From positions 128,001 to 192,000 of the forward strand of contig JBBQUR010000001.1 in assembly GCA_038212275.1 (NCBI GenBank): a stretch of 64,000 bases of DNA, written 5' to 3'. Source of the DNA: Planctomycetota bacterium. Lineage in GTDB: Bacteria > Planctomycetota > B15-G4. The translations under genes and the position numbers were made by a program. A model generated the notes under the pieces. It was given only the letters and a program-made list of their open reading frames with translations. It searched no databases and was not told the origin of the DNA. Position 1 is the stretch's first letter. Each line of letters opens with the position of its first letter. Below are positions 38,244-49,759 of the stretch, piece by piece.

Positions 38244-38270
38244 ACATCGGTGCTGACGTCGTGAACTGAA
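38244..38270 (-). promoter_or_regulatory. Candidate sigma28 promoter upstream of fliA
   Basis: Minus strand TTCAGTTC-N11-ACCGATGT, compared with TAAAGTTT-N11-GCCGATAA. Confidence 0.45.
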
Positions 38271-38467
38271 GCAACTCACCGGCGAAATTCTTCGGCCGGC
38301 AGAGCGACCCGGCCGATGGGCCGGAGCGCCCGGTTCCGGGCGAAGCGGGACACGTGCGACGGCACCAAGGCCCCGCTATCGGCGCCGTGCAGCGGCGACT
38401 TGACGTCGCGAAGTCCCGGCAAAGTCCGTGCCAGAGCGCGTGACGGCCGGAGGCGGGCCGCAGGCGC

Positions 38468-39001
38468 TCAGGTCGAGATCGGGCTCGGCTTGCTGAACGA
38501 GTTCTCGCCGAAGTAGTGCTCGGCGAAGTCGAGGAACTGCGACTCGATGAAGCTCGCGAACTCCGGCTGGCTCTCGGGCGTCATCGTGCCGGCGTTGCTC
38601 TCGGTCTCGAGGTCGCGATTGCGAATGGTCTTCTTGCACTGCATCACGAAGCGCCCGTCGTCCGGGTGCGGATCGAGCAGGAAGAGCAGGCGCGAGAAGT
38701 ACCGGCCCTGTCGGCCCTCGCCGTTGAGCAGTTCCTCGTCGTGGCGGAGGGCAAGCATGTACTTGCCCTCGAAGAAGCCGCGCGTGAGCACGAATCCAGG
38801 CGCTTCGCTCTGGAAATTCTTGACGAAGTCCTCGATGACCGCCTCGATGCTCTCTCGGAACTCGAAGGCGTGAACCGTGCGCTGGCTGCGCACGAGGTCC
38901 TCGTCCGAGCGCAGGCGCAGGTGGATTTCGCTCCGCTTCGCGCTGGCGTCGCGGATCTTCTTGAGCTTGTCCTTGAAGGCGCTCGACATCGGGATGCTCA
39001 T
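38468..39001 (-). CDS. Hypothetical cytoplasmic protein (about 177 aa)
   Basis: Strong host codon bias. Start at ATG 39001 or 38989. No family recognised. Confidence 0.75.
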   Translation of the reverse strand: MSIPMSSAFKDKLKKIRDASAKRSEIHLRLRSDEDLVRSQRTVHAFEFRESIEAVIEDFVKNFQSEAPGFVLTRGFFEGKYMLALRHDEELLNGEGRQGRYFSRLLFLLDPHPDDGRFVMQCKKTIRNRDLETESNAGTMTPESQPEFASFIESQFLDFAEHYFGENSFSKPSPIST

Positions 39002-39029
39002 CGGGGGGGCTCGTCTCGGGGTGTCTTCT

Positions 39030-39058
39030 ATATCGGCCGGGGGGGTGAATTCGATGAG
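39030..39058 (-). promoter_or_regulatory. Candidate sigma28 promoter
   Basis: Minus strand CTCATC-N15-GCCGATAT (consensus sigma28/SigD -10 box), 28 nt before ATG 39001. Confidence 0.6.
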
Positions 39059-39238
39059 GAAGAATACGTGCAGTAGCACGGGAGGCAAGGAGCGCCGTGG
39101 CCGGGAGTCCCTGCGGGTCTCAGGTGACGGCGGTTTCGTACGGATCTGCGGTGTTCTGCAGGGCGGCCGATCCGCGCGTCCGGGCCCGTTCCACGGGACC
39201 TGCGCGATGCGATGGGCGCACCCTGGCCGATGCGGCGC

Positions 39239-39757
39239 TCAGCTGTAGCGCAGGATGGCCCGGACATCCCGCCCGTGCAGCCGCTCCTTCCACGGAATGA
39301 AGTCCAGCGCGATCACGAAGGCCAGCGCCGAGACCCGAGCGCCCAGCGTCTCCACCAGCGTGCACGCGGCCGAGGCGGTGCCGCCCGTCGCGATGAGGTC
39401 ATCCACGATGAGCACGTTCATGCCCGGGTGCAGGGCATCGTGGTGCATCTCGATCGTGTCGGTGCCGTATTCCAGCGCGTACTGCTGGCGCACGACCTTG
39501 TAGGGCAGCTTTCCCGGCTTGCGCACGGGCACGAAACCCTTGTTCATGGCCAGCGCGAGCGCGGCGCCGAAGATGAATCCGCGCGACTCGATGCCGACGA
39601 TCGCATCGCAGGGCAGGCCCACGACGGAAGCGCGCAACTGGTCGATGCACGACTGGAAGGCTGCCGCGTCGGCGAGCAGCGGCGTGATGTCCTTGAAGAC
39701 GATGCCGGGCTTCGGGAAGTCAGGGATGTCGCGGATGTAGCGGGACAGGTCGTTCAT
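39239..39757 (-). CDS. apt: Adenine phosphoribosyltransferase
   Basis: Motifs IPDFPKPGIVFKDIT, ESRGF, RKPGKLP, LEYG, VDDLIATGGT. Confidence 0.97.
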   Translation of the reverse strand: MNDLSRYIRDIPDFPKPGIVFKDITPLLADAAAFQSCIDQLRASVVGLPCDAIVGIESRGFIFGAALALAMNKGFVPVRKPGKLPYKVVRQQYALEYGTDTIEMHHDALHPGMNVLIVDDLIATGGTASAACTLVETLGARVSALAFVIALDFIPWKERLHGRDVRAILRYS

Positions 39758-39791
39758 GCTTCCTCGGGGAAAACGGTGGGGGCGGCGCCGG

Positions 39792-41522
<1,731 letters not shown>

Positions 41523-41576
41523 GAGGCGGGGGATCGTAGCGATTGTGCGCCGGCGAAGAAGCGCGGTCAGGGGCGG

Positions 41577-43010
41577 TCAGCGAGCCGCGGGCAGCAGCGC
41601 CTGCAGCCCCAGTCCCGCGGCGCGCGGTTCGCCGTCGCGTCGCAGCAGGCCGAGCGTGTGCCCGCAGTCCGTCCAGCCCTGAAAGAAGATGGCGCCGACG
41701 TCGGGGCGACGGTTGGCGCGCTGCAGGCAGGCTTCGATGAAGAGTCGCTGCGCGCGTTCGCCGTACGCCAGCGGCGACAGCCCCGCCGCGAGCACCCAGA
41801 GTTCCGGCGGCGCCGCGACATCCGCACGCCATGCAGCCCACGCATCGAGTGCGCTCTCCGCTGCTTCGGGACCGCGCGCCGCGGCATTTCCAGGCTCCAG
41901 GCGCGGCCCCGCGATGGCGACGGGCGACGGCGCGGCCGCGAGCGCGAGAAACAGGTCGCGGCTGAGTTCGCCGGTGCCGAGCAGTCGTGCCGCGAGGCGC
42001 GTCTGCGGGGACACGGCCGCCACGCGCGCCGCCGCTTCCTCGTACAGCGCGCGCCACGCGTCCGGCGGCAGCCACCCGAAGACGAGCGTCGCGGCGCCGT
42101 CCGGCTCGGGGAAGGGCAGCAGAACCTCGGGCCGTTCCGCCACGGCGAGCCGCTCGGCGCCGTCCAGGAACGCGGCCTTGACGGCGGCTGCATCGGGCAC
42201 GCTCCACAGCCAGGCGTCGGGCGCGCGCAGTTCGAGCAGCAGCGGGCGGCCGTCGCGTCGCGGGAGCGGCGCCACGGCATCGGCCGGCACGACGCGCGCG
42301 TCCCATGAGCCGGGAGCGACGGCTTGCCGTGCGCGTGCCGCTTCGTCGGAGCCATCGAGGATGCCGGTCTGCAGGTCGGGCCGCAGCGCGGTCAGCGCCG
42401 GCTCGATCTCGAAGCGCATCACGATCTCCTCGGCGGTGTCGTGCATCACGAGGAGCAACGCGACGATGAAGCCCGCGAGCGAGGCCATGAACAGCTGCGC
42501 GAGAAATCCGAGGATGCTGCGTGGCGCGCCGCGTCGCACGAGCATCGGCAGGTGCCAGCTGATCGTGCTGACGTGCGCGAGCGGGCTGCCGAGCAGGTGC
42601 TGCAGGATGGAATGATCGTGCAGCAGCGCGGCCGCCCGGGGCGGGAGCTGTTCGCCCGCCACCGTCAGCGCGCCGAGCGACGTGGCCAGCAGCAGCCCGA
42701 CGTTGGCCAGCACGAAGGGCACGTCCGACAGCCGCGGGCCGCGCTTCACGATGGCGTGGGCGTTCTGCGCCAGGCCGAGCGCGAAGGCCAGCGGGAACAA
42801 CGGCGCCACCAGTCCCGACAGCAGCAGCGGCGTGCCGCCAGGAAGCGTCCGGTCCGCCACGAGCACCACGGTGAGCAGCAGCTGCAGCGGCAGAATCACG
42901 GCGCGTTCCCAGTTCCGTCCACCCTCGGGAGCGGGGGCCGAGGCCGCCACGTTCCACGCGAGGAGCAGGGCCAGATACGCGAGGAAGACGCCGTGCAGCG
43001 TCCCGATCAC
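41577..43010 (-). CDS. Multi-TM membrane protein with a C-terminal domain resembling a degenerate clan GH-A barrel
   Basis: About 5-6 hydrophobic helices, then FPEPD...LWVLAAG...Q...GWTD...LGLLRRDGEPRAA. Confidence 0.55.
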   Translation of the reverse strand: MIGTLHGVFLAYLALLLAWNVAASAPAPEGGRNWERAVILPLQLLLTVVLVADRTLPGGTPLLLSGLVAPLFPLAFALGLAQNAHAIVKRGPRLSDVPFVLANVGLLLATSLGALTVAGEQLPPRAAALLHDHSILQHLLGSPLAHVSTISWHLPMLVRRGAPRSILGFLAQLFMASLAGFIVALLLVMHDTAEEIVMRFEIEPALTALRPDLQTGILDGSDEAARARQAVAPGSWDARVVPADAVAPLPRRDGRPLLLELRAPDAWLWSVPDAAAVKAAFLDGAERLAVAERPEVLLPFPEPDGAATLVFGWLPPDAWRALYEEAAARVAAVSPQTRLAARLLGTGELSRDLFLALAAAPSPVAIAGPRLEPGNAAARGPEAAESALDAWAAWRADVAAPPELWVLAAGLSPLAYGERAQRLFIEACLQRANRRPDVGAIFFQGWTDCGHTLGLLRRDGEPRAAGLGLQALLPAAR

Positions 43011-43477
43011 GCGCGCTCCAGCACGGCGAAGACCGCGCGGCCGAGGTCGCGCAACTGGCCGTAGGACAGGCGCCGGGCCACGTCGGCCTCATCGGCCCAG
43101 AGCAGGGCATCGTGTTCCTGCGAGAGCCGCGGCTCGACGGCCGGAGCCTGCGCGAGGAAGTACACGACGCGCTTGGCGTAGCTCGTGCCTCCGGGCACGC
43201 GCACCGTGTACTTCAGGACCTGACGGAAGTCCTGGTGCAGCGACAGGTCGTCGTAGCCGGTCTCTTCGCGGACTTCGCGCAGCGCCGTGGCGACCTCGTG
43301 CGCGTCGGCCCGGTCGCGGCGACCCTTGGCGAAGCCCCATTGCCCGTTCTGCGCGTTGCGCAGCAGCAGCAGCCGCACCGCGCCGCGTGCGCTTGCCTGC
43401 GGGCGCCCGGCGTCCGGGTCCTGCCCCGGAGTCTCGCCCCGACGGTAGAGGATGATGCCGCTGGCGAGGGTGGTCAT
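43007..43477 (-). CDS. NUDIX hydrolase (Ap4A hydrolase-like)
   Basis: Nudix box WGFAKG...ALREVREETG; KRVVYFL; SQEH. Confidence 0.88.
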   Translation of the reverse strand: MTTLASGIILYRRGETPGQDPDAGRPQASARGAVRLLLLRNAQNGQWGFAKGRRDRADAHEVATALREVREETGYDDLSLHQDFRQVLKYTVRVPGGTSYAKRVVYFLAQAPAVEPRLSQEHDALLWADEADVARRLSYGQLRDLGRAVFAVLERA

Positions 43478-43572
43478 GGGTCGCGGTGCGATGTGGGGCC
43501 GGCGCGTGCTCGAGGTGATGCGACTGTTCCGGGCATGGCGCAGCGCGTCCGGATGATAGGATCCCGCGCCGC

Positions 43573-44442
43573 ATGAACGCCACCACGCCGCACACCACGC
43601 CCGCATCCCGACACGCCGCACGCATGGCGAGTCGTGTCGTCCGCGTGCTCAGGAACGAACGCGTGGAGGGCGGCTGCCATCGCGTGCTCGCCGAGGTCGA
43701 AGGCCAGTGGCCCGAGAGCGGGCCGGGGCAGTTCGCGATGCTCAGCATGGATCATCCGCGCTTCCCGATCCTTCCTCGCCCGTTCAGCCTGCTGGGCTGG
43801 CAGCGGGACGGTGCCCGCGACCTGCTGGAGTGGATGATCATGCCCGTCGGCATCGGCACGGGCCTGCTGTGCTCGATGCAGCCCGGCGAGAGCTTTCACG
43901 CGGTGGGGCCGCTCGGCCGGCGCATGGACGAGGATCTGCCTGCCGGTCCCATCCTCTGCGTTGCGGGCGGCTACGGCGTGGCGCCCTTCATCTTTCTTGC
44001 GGACCAGTGGCGCCGCAACGGTGATCGGCGCGCGGACGAACTCGCCGTGATCTTCGGCGCGCGCACGGCGGAGCGCCTTTCGCTGCACGGTCGGCTGTCG
44101 GCGTCGTGCCCGCGCGTGGAACTCTGCACGGACGACGGCACGGCAGGCTACCGCGGGCGCGTGGACGGTCGCCTCGCAGACATGCTCGCCGAGCAGCGGC
44201 CCGCGCTGGTGCTCACCTGCGGACCCGAGAAGATGATGGAGGCCGTCGGCAGAGCCTGCCGGCAGGCCGGCGTGCCGGCGCGCGCCTCGCTGGAGACCGT
44301 GATGGGTTGCGGCTACGCGGTGTGCAACGGTTGCGCCGTAGCTGTGGCGGACGGCCGCCAGCCCGACGGATTCACCTACGAACTGGCATGTCGCGAAGGC
44401 ACGGTGTTCGACGAAGCGCGGCTGCAGTGGCACCCGATCTGA
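43573..44442 (+). CDS. pyrK: Dihydroorotate dehydrogenase electron transfer subunit (PyrK-like)
   Basis: Motifs PGQF, RPFS, GPLG, AGGYGVAP, TDDG, CGP..M, and the MGCGYAVCNGC...C 2Fe-2S motif. Confidence 0.85.
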   Translation: MNATTPHTTPASRHAARMASRVVRVLRNERVEGGCHRVLAEVEGQWPESGPGQFAMLSMDHPRFPILPRPFSLLGWQRDGARDLLEWMIMPVGIGTGLLCSMQPGESFHAVGPLGRRMDEDLPAGPILCVAGGYGVAPFIFLADQWRRNGDRRADELAVIFGARTAERLSLHGRLSASCPRVELCTDDGTAGYRGRVDGRLADMLAEQRPALVLTCGPEKMMEAVGRACRQAGVPARASLETVMGCGYAVCNGCAVAVADGRQPDGFTYELACREGTVFDEARLQWHPI

Positions 44443-44972
44443 ATCGCGCCGAGCGGCTCTCGGCCTACGTGTCGGCCGTGCGCACCGCGGTGGACGGCGT
44501 GCCCGAGGACGTGCACGCAGCCTTCGTGAAGACGCTGCTCTCCTCGGGGCAGATCGTCGTCGCCGGTCGCGGGCGCTCGGGCATGATGGCTGCGGCCTTC
44601 GCGCGCCGGCTCGGCCAGATGGGCCTGCGTGCGTGGGGGCTCGACGACTCCACGGTGCCGCGCCTCGGTCACGGCGACACGCTCGTGGCGTGCAGCGGCA
44701 GCGGCACGACGCCCACCGTGCTCTCGCTCATGAGGACGGCGCGCAGCGGCGACGCGCGCGTGCTCGTCGTGACCCGCGCTCCGCCGCCGGCCGGGCTCGT
44801 CGCGGACGTGACGGTGGCGCTGCAGCTGCCGGTGGGCAGCACGATCTTTCCGCTGGGCACGCTGTTCGAGGCGTCGCTGCTGGCCTACCTTGACCAGGTC
44901 GTGGTGGACCTCATCGCGGCTCTCGGCGCGACGGAGTCCGAACTCGGCGCTCGCCACACGAACCTGGAGTGA
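44427..44972 (+). CDS. hxlB: SIS-domain protein, 6-phospho-3-hexuloisomerase-like
   Basis: Motifs GRGRSG...FARRL, SGSGTT, PLGTLFE, RHTNLE. GTG 44427. Confidence 0.8.
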   Translation: MAPDLNRAERLSAYVSAVRTAVDGVPEDVHAAFVKTLLSSGQIVVAGRGRSGMMAAAFARRLGQMGLRAWGLDDSTVPRLGHGDTLVACSGSGTTPTVLSLMRTARSGDARVLVVTRAPPPAGLVADVTVALQLPVGSTIFPLGTLFEASLLAYLDQVVVDLIAALGATESELGARHTNLE

Positions 44973-45910
44973 GCGTGTCCGACCTGCGCAGGCCACCGCG
45001 ACGGTTTTCCGGACCGATGATCGCGTGCTTCGACGCGCTGCGCTGGCTGACGAGCCGCGTGTGGCCCGGCCGGAAACTCTATGCGCGCAGCCTGGCGCAC
45101 GGCGGCCTGCGCCTCGAGCGCCTCGATGTCGACGTGCCCGGTCTGCCGGCGGCGCTGGACGGCCTGCGCCTCGTGCAACTCAGCGACCTGCACGCGGGCT
45201 GCTTCCTCGACGAGGCGAGCATGCAGCCGGTGATCTCTCTCGCGCGCGCCTGCACGCCGCACCTGCTGCTGCTCACCGGCGACTTCATCACGACCACGGC
45301 GGACGACGTGCGCCTGCTCGGCGTGTCGCTCGGTCGCATCGACGCGCCGCTGGGCAAGTTCGCCGTCTTCGGCAACCACGACTACCGCGGCCGGCGCGAG
45401 GGCGAGCTGGTCGCGGCCCTGCGACGCCAAGGCGTGACGGTGCTGCGCAACACGACTGTGCATGTCACGCACGAGGGCCAGCGGCTCGCGATCACGGGTC
45501 TCGAGGACATCGAGGAAAGCAAGGGCGCGGACCTGGACGCTGCGCTCACCGGGCAGTCCGGCGACGAGGTCGTGCGCGTGCTGCTCTGCCATCACCCCGA
45601 CGTCGTGGACGCGCTGCCGCCCGGTCGTTTTCATCTGGTGCTGTCCGGCCACACGCACGGCGGGCAGATCGTGCTGCCCGGCGTGTCCGCGCTGCTCTCG
45701 CGCTGGTTGCCGCGACGGGTGCGCGGAGATTTTCAGCTTCCCGGCGGAGGGTTGCTGCACGTGAACCGCGGCATCGGCGTGCTCATCGTGCCGTTCCGCG
45801 TGGGGGCGCGCGCCGAGGTGACCTGCCTCACGCTGCGTCGCGCAACACGCGATGACCGGTCCGGGGTTTCGCGCACGGTTCCCGCGGCGGCGGGCGGGCA
45901 CGGCACGTGA
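44969..45910 (+). CDS. Metallophosphoesterase (YkuE/YaeI-like)
   Basis: Motifs SDLH, TGDF, GNHD, HHPD, SGHTHGGQ, VNRGIG. Confidence 0.9.
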   Translation: MSVSDLRRPPRRFSGPMIACFDALRWLTSRVWPGRKLYARSLAHGGLRLERLDVDVPGLPAALDGLRLVQLSDLHAGCFLDEASMQPVISLARACTPHLLLLTGDFITTTADDVRLLGVSLGRIDAPLGKFAVFGNHDYRGRREGELVAALRRQGVTVLRNTTVHVTHEGQRLAITGLEDIEESKGADLDAALTGQSGDEVVRVLLCHHPDVVDALPPGRFHLVLSGHTHGGQIVLPGVSALLSRWLPRRVRGDFQLPGGGLLHVNRGIGVLIVPFRVGARAEVTCLTLRRATRDDRSGVSRTVPAAAGGHGT

Positions 45911-48360
45911 ACGGTCGCCGTCTCGCGCTTTTCGTGCTCGAGGCCGCGCTGCTGGCGCTCGCCGCGTGGGCTGCCTGGCCCGCGCCGGAGCGGCCCTGGC
46001 AGCCGTTCTCGGCGACCGGTGTCGTCGAGGTGCAGTTCCCGGGCGGCACCGGCGTCGCAGCGGATGTCTGGTCGTCGCAGGGACGTCTCGGCGCGCGGCG
46101 CGTCGCGCTGCTCGTGTTCAGGGAACTCCAGGAACCCGAGTCGCTGGAAGTCGAGGAGCCGAAGGGCCAGATGGAACTCCTGCTCGGCGCGCCGGACGGC
46201 AGTGACGGCAGCCTCAAGCTCGACGAACATGGCGCCGTCTTCGGCGTCGCAGGATCGGGGCAGCCCGACCGGCGTCTGGAGGTCGATCACGTCCGGCACG
46301 CGGAACTCGTCTGGGAGCAGGGCGCCTATCGCGCCCTGGTGGACGGTCAGCAGGTCGGCGAGCCGATCTCCGGGTCGGCGCCCGGCGGACCCGCGCACCT
46401 GCGGCTGTCGACCGGCGCCTCACTGGCAAGCGTGCTGTGCTCGACACGCGGCGGCGATGCCCGGCGCGCGCAGGGCGCTCCGGCCGCACCGGGCACGCAG
46501 CGCCTGATCTGGGCGCTGCTCGCGGGGCTGCTCGGCTTGTTCTGCCTCAACGACTGGGTGCCCATGGTGAACGGCGGCCGCGCCGTGAGCGCCGCAGGCC
46601 GCATCGCAGGCTGTCTCGCCGCGCTGGCGCTCGCCTGCGGCGTGGCGTGGTCCTTGCGCGAGCACAACCTCGAGCGACTCACGACCACTCCCGAGACCTG
46701 CGAACAGCAACCACTGTCGCTGCCCGGGGAGCAGGCGGTTTTTCCGGGGCATCCGCTGCCGCTGGGCGAGCGCCGCGACGGGGACTTCACGCTGAACGCC
46801 CGGGTCGTGCTGCAGGAGCGCAGCGCCGTGGACCTGCTGCTGCGCGCGGAGCTGCCGAGGATCGACCGGCAGATCCTGGTCACGCTCAGCTCCGATCCCG
46901 CGCTGCCCTCGGGCGTGTCGCGCAACCTCGGCACCTTCCTGAAGACCACTCCGGCAGCGCGCGGGCTGGAGCAACTCCCCGCGGGACAACCGCTCGCACT
47001 GGAAGTGCGCTGCCGCGACGAACGCACCGAAGTCTTCGTCGACGGCAAGGCTTTCGGCAGCGTGGCGGACCTGGACCTGCGCGCGGGACGCACGGCCTTT
47101 CACGCGCTGTCCGGCAGCGCCACCGTCTCCGCGCTGGAGCTGCAGCCCACCGGCCAGCCACGCGCTCTCGACAGCACCCTGCTCGCCTGGGAAGGGGGTG
47201 CCGCGGTCGCGGCGGCGGCTGCGCTGATCCTCCTGGTGCTGCGCAGCGGTCGCGGTCTCGGAGGGCTCCTGTGGTGCTGGCCGCTCGCGGCGGCTGTCGC
47301 GCCGTTTGCGCCCGATCCGCTGCTCCTCCCGCTGCTCGCACTCTCCGGCGTGCTGCTGTTGTTCACGCCTCGCGCGGGGCATCGGCTCATGGTCTGGGTC
47401 ACGGGCGCCGTCCTGATCGGCCTGACCTGGTGGGCGCACGAAGAGCGCGTGCCCGCACTGTCGCCGCTCATCCTGAACCAGCTGGCTCCCACGGACTTCA
47501 CCGGTCCGCCGATCGATGCGCGCTACATCTGGGCGCGCCATCCGCTCTGCCGCCGCTTCAACGGCTACATCAAGGACCAGACGCTGCGCGATGAGGCGGT
47601 CACGGCGGAAAAGGCGCCCGGCACTCTGCGCATCGTGACGCTCGGCAGTTCGTCCACGTTCGGCTACGGCGTCAGCGCACGCGACACGTGGTCGGCCCAG
47701 CTGGAAATGCTGCTCTCGTATCTGTGGCCCAAGCGCACGGTGCAGGTCGTCAATGCAGGCGTCCCCGGAGCCACCGCCGAGCGCCTGCTCTACTTCCTGC
47801 AGGGCGTGCTGCTGGACCTGCATCCCGACGCGGTGGTCATCGACCTCTCCTTCAACGACCACATCATGGGGGGCACGCACGACGAGCGCGCGCACTTCGC
47901 CGCGCTGACGAGCACGGGCATCGGGCCGCTCGAGGGGCTGCTGGCGGACTGGCGCGCCAGTCGCCAACGACGGGGCTGGCAGGCGCTCGTCTCGGCCGAG
48001 AAGGCCGGTCGTCCGCTGGATGCCGCGGACGTGAAGCGCTACTCCACCGAGCCCGCCGCGCGGTTCGGGGACAGCATCCGCGACATGGTGCGAGCCTGCC
48101 AGGCGGCGGGGGTGGCGGTGCTGCTCGTCCAGGAGCCGACGCGCCCCGGTGAGACGACTCCCTGGCTGGAGGCGTATCACGCCGAGCTGGCGGCGATCGG
48201 CCTCGAACTCGGCGTGCCTGTGGTCGGCCCGCAGCCCGAGCTGGATGCGGCCAAGGGCCCGCTCTACCTCGACGTGGTGCATCCGAATGGCGAGGGACAC
48301 CGCATCATCGCTCGGGTCGTCGGCGGCGGCATCGCGGGCCTGCTCGGTCCGGGGCGCTGA
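45907..48360 (+). CDS. Multi-TM membrane protein with beta-sandwich loops and a C-terminal SGNH hydrolase
   Basis: Motifs LGSSSTFG, NAGVPG, FND, DVVHP; several TM segments. Confidence 0.8.
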   Translation: MNGRRLALFVLEAALLALAAWAAWPAPERPWQPFSATGVVEVQFPGGTGVAADVWSSQGRLGARRVALLVFRELQEPESLEVEEPKGQMELLLGAPDGSDGSLKLDEHGAVFGVAGSGQPDRRLEVDHVRHAELVWEQGAYRALVDGQQVGEPISGSAPGGPAHLRLSTGASLASVLCSTRGGDARRAQGAPAAPGTQRLIWALLAGLLGLFCLNDWVPMVNGGRAVSAAGRIAGCLAALALACGVAWSLREHNLERLTTTPETCEQQPLSLPGEQAVFPGHPLPLGERRDGDFTLNARVVLQERSAVDLLLRAELPRIDRQILVTLSSDPALPSGVSRNLGTFLKTTPAARGLEQLPAGQPLALEVRCRDERTEVFVDGKAFGSVADLDLRAGRTAFHALSGSATVSALELQPTGQPRALDSTLLAWEGGAAVAAAAALILLVLRSGRGLGGLLWCWPLAAAVAPFAPDPLLLPLLALSGVLLLFTPRAGHRLMVWVTGAVLIGLTWWAHEERVPALSPLILNQLAPTDFTGPPIDARYIWARHPLCRRFNGYIKDQTLRDEAVTAEKAPGTLRIVTLGSSSTFGYGVSARDTWSAQLEMLLSYLWPKRTVQVVNAGVPGATAERLLYFLQGVLLDLHPDAVVIDLSFNDHIMGGTHDERAHFAALTSTGIGPLEGLLADWRASRQRRGWQALVSAEKAGRPLDAADVKRYSTEPAARFGDSIRDMVRACQAAGVAVLLVQEPTRPGETTPWLEAYHAELAAIGLELGVPVVGPQPELDAAKGPLYLDVVHPNGEGHRIIARVVGGGIAGLLGPGR

Positions 48361-48549
48361 TTTTCAGGTGCGCGCGGCGCGGGTGCGCGGTCGTGCGCCT
48401 TCCGCTGCACCGGGGCTTTCGATAAACTGAGCCTCCTTTCGGGTTCCCTCGCACGGTGGATAGCGACCGGACCCCGCTTTCCATGCCGACCCCGCCCGCC
48501 GGCCCGCTCCCCCGGGGCCGGCACAGACGCAAGAAGGTTCATTGCACCC

Positions 48550-49731
48550 ATGACCGACGTCGTCATCGCCAGCGCCTGCCGCACCCCGATCGGCAAGTTC
48601 CAAGGAGCCCTCGCGGGGATGACGGCTCCGCAGCTCGGTGCCCACGTGCTGCGCGAGGCGCTCACCCGCGCCGGCGTGCGCGCCGAAGACGTGAACGAGG
48701 TCATCATGGGTTGCGTGCTGACGGCGGGCATCGGCCAGGCTCCGGCGCGGCAGGCCTCGCGCGCGGCGGGCATTCCCGACCACACCTCGGCCCTCACCGT
48801 GAACAAGGTCTGCGGCTCGGGCCTGAAGGCCGTCGTGCTCGCGGCGCAGGCCATCAAGTGCGGCGACGCCGACGTGGTGCTCGCCGGCGGCATGGAGTCC
48901 ATGTCCAACGTGCCGTACTACCTGCCCGATGCGCGCAACGGGATGCGCCTCGGCCACAGCAAGGTGATCGACGGCCTGATCCACGACGGCCTCTGGGATC
49001 CCTACTACGACATGCACATGGGCCTCACCGCCGAGGCCGTCTGCAAGGAATACGGCGTCTCGCGTCAGGCGCAGGACGAGTGGGCGGTGGAGAGCCATCG
49101 CCGCGCGCTCGCCGCGCAGAAGTCCGGGGCCTTCAAGGCCGAGATCGCGCCCGTCGCGATGAAGCCGAAGAAGGGCGACCCGTGGTCCTTCGACACCGAC
49201 GAAGGGCCGCGCGCCGACGCCACGGTGGAGGGCCTCTCCAAGCTGCGCCCTGCCTTCGACAAGACCGGCATGGTGACCGCGGGCAACAGCAGCACGATCA
49301 ACGACGGCGCCGCGGCGCTGGTGATCACGTCCGCCGACAAGGCCAAGGCGCTGGGTCTCAAGCCGCTCGCACGCATCACCGGCTACGCCACCGGCGGCAC
49401 GGACCCCAAGTGGGTGATGATGGCGCCGGTCGAGGCCGTGAAGAATCTCGAGACGCGCACCGGCCGGAAGCTCTCCGGCTTCGACCTCATCGAGCTCAAC
49501 GAGGCCTTCGCGAGCCAGTGCGTGGCAGTGTCCACGCTGTGGAAGGCCGATGCGGCCCGCATCAACGTGAATGGCGGCGCCGTGGCGCTGGGGCATCCGA
49601 TCGGCGCGTCGGGCGCGCGCATATTGACCACGCTGATCCACGCGCTGCGGACGCGAGGCCTCAAGCAGGGCCTGGCGACGCTGTGCCTCGGCGGCGGCGG
49701 CGCGGTCGCCATGTCGGTCGAAACCCTTTGA
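48550..49731 (+). CDS. Acetyl-CoA C-acetyltransferase (thiolase)
   Basis: Motifs [24 protein letters not shown]. Confidence 0.96.
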   Translation: MTDVVIASACRTPIGKFQGALAGMTAPQLGAHVLREALTRAGVRAEDVNEVIMGCVLTAGIGQAPARQASRAAGIPDHTSALTVNKVCGSGLKAVVLAAQAIKCGDADVVLAGGMESMSNVPYYLPDARNGMRLGHSKVIDGLIHDGLWDPYYDMHMGLTAEAVCKEYGVSRQAQDEWAVESHRRALAAQKSGAFKAEIAPVAMKPKKGDPWSFDTDEGPRADATVEGLSKLRPAFDKTGMVTAGNSSTINDGAAALVITSADKAKALGLKPLARITGYATGGTDPKWVMMAPVEAVKNLETRTGRKLSGFDLIELNEAFASQCVAVSTLWKADAARINVNGGAVALGHPIGASGARILTTLIHALRTRGLKQGLATLCLGGGGAVAMSVETL

Positions 49732-49759
49732 TCGCCACGGTGGCCTGCGGAGTCCCGGC

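Noticed and set aside
38340..38369. GCGAAG...CACCAAG, resembling the ECF-2 motif
   Set aside because: It lacks GAT, the spacing is one base shorter, and no gene starts downstream on that strand.
48361..48549. Cobalamin riboswitch ahead of the mutase cluster
   Set aside because: No GGGAA...GGTG...CCC...ACTG core or B12 box is visible.
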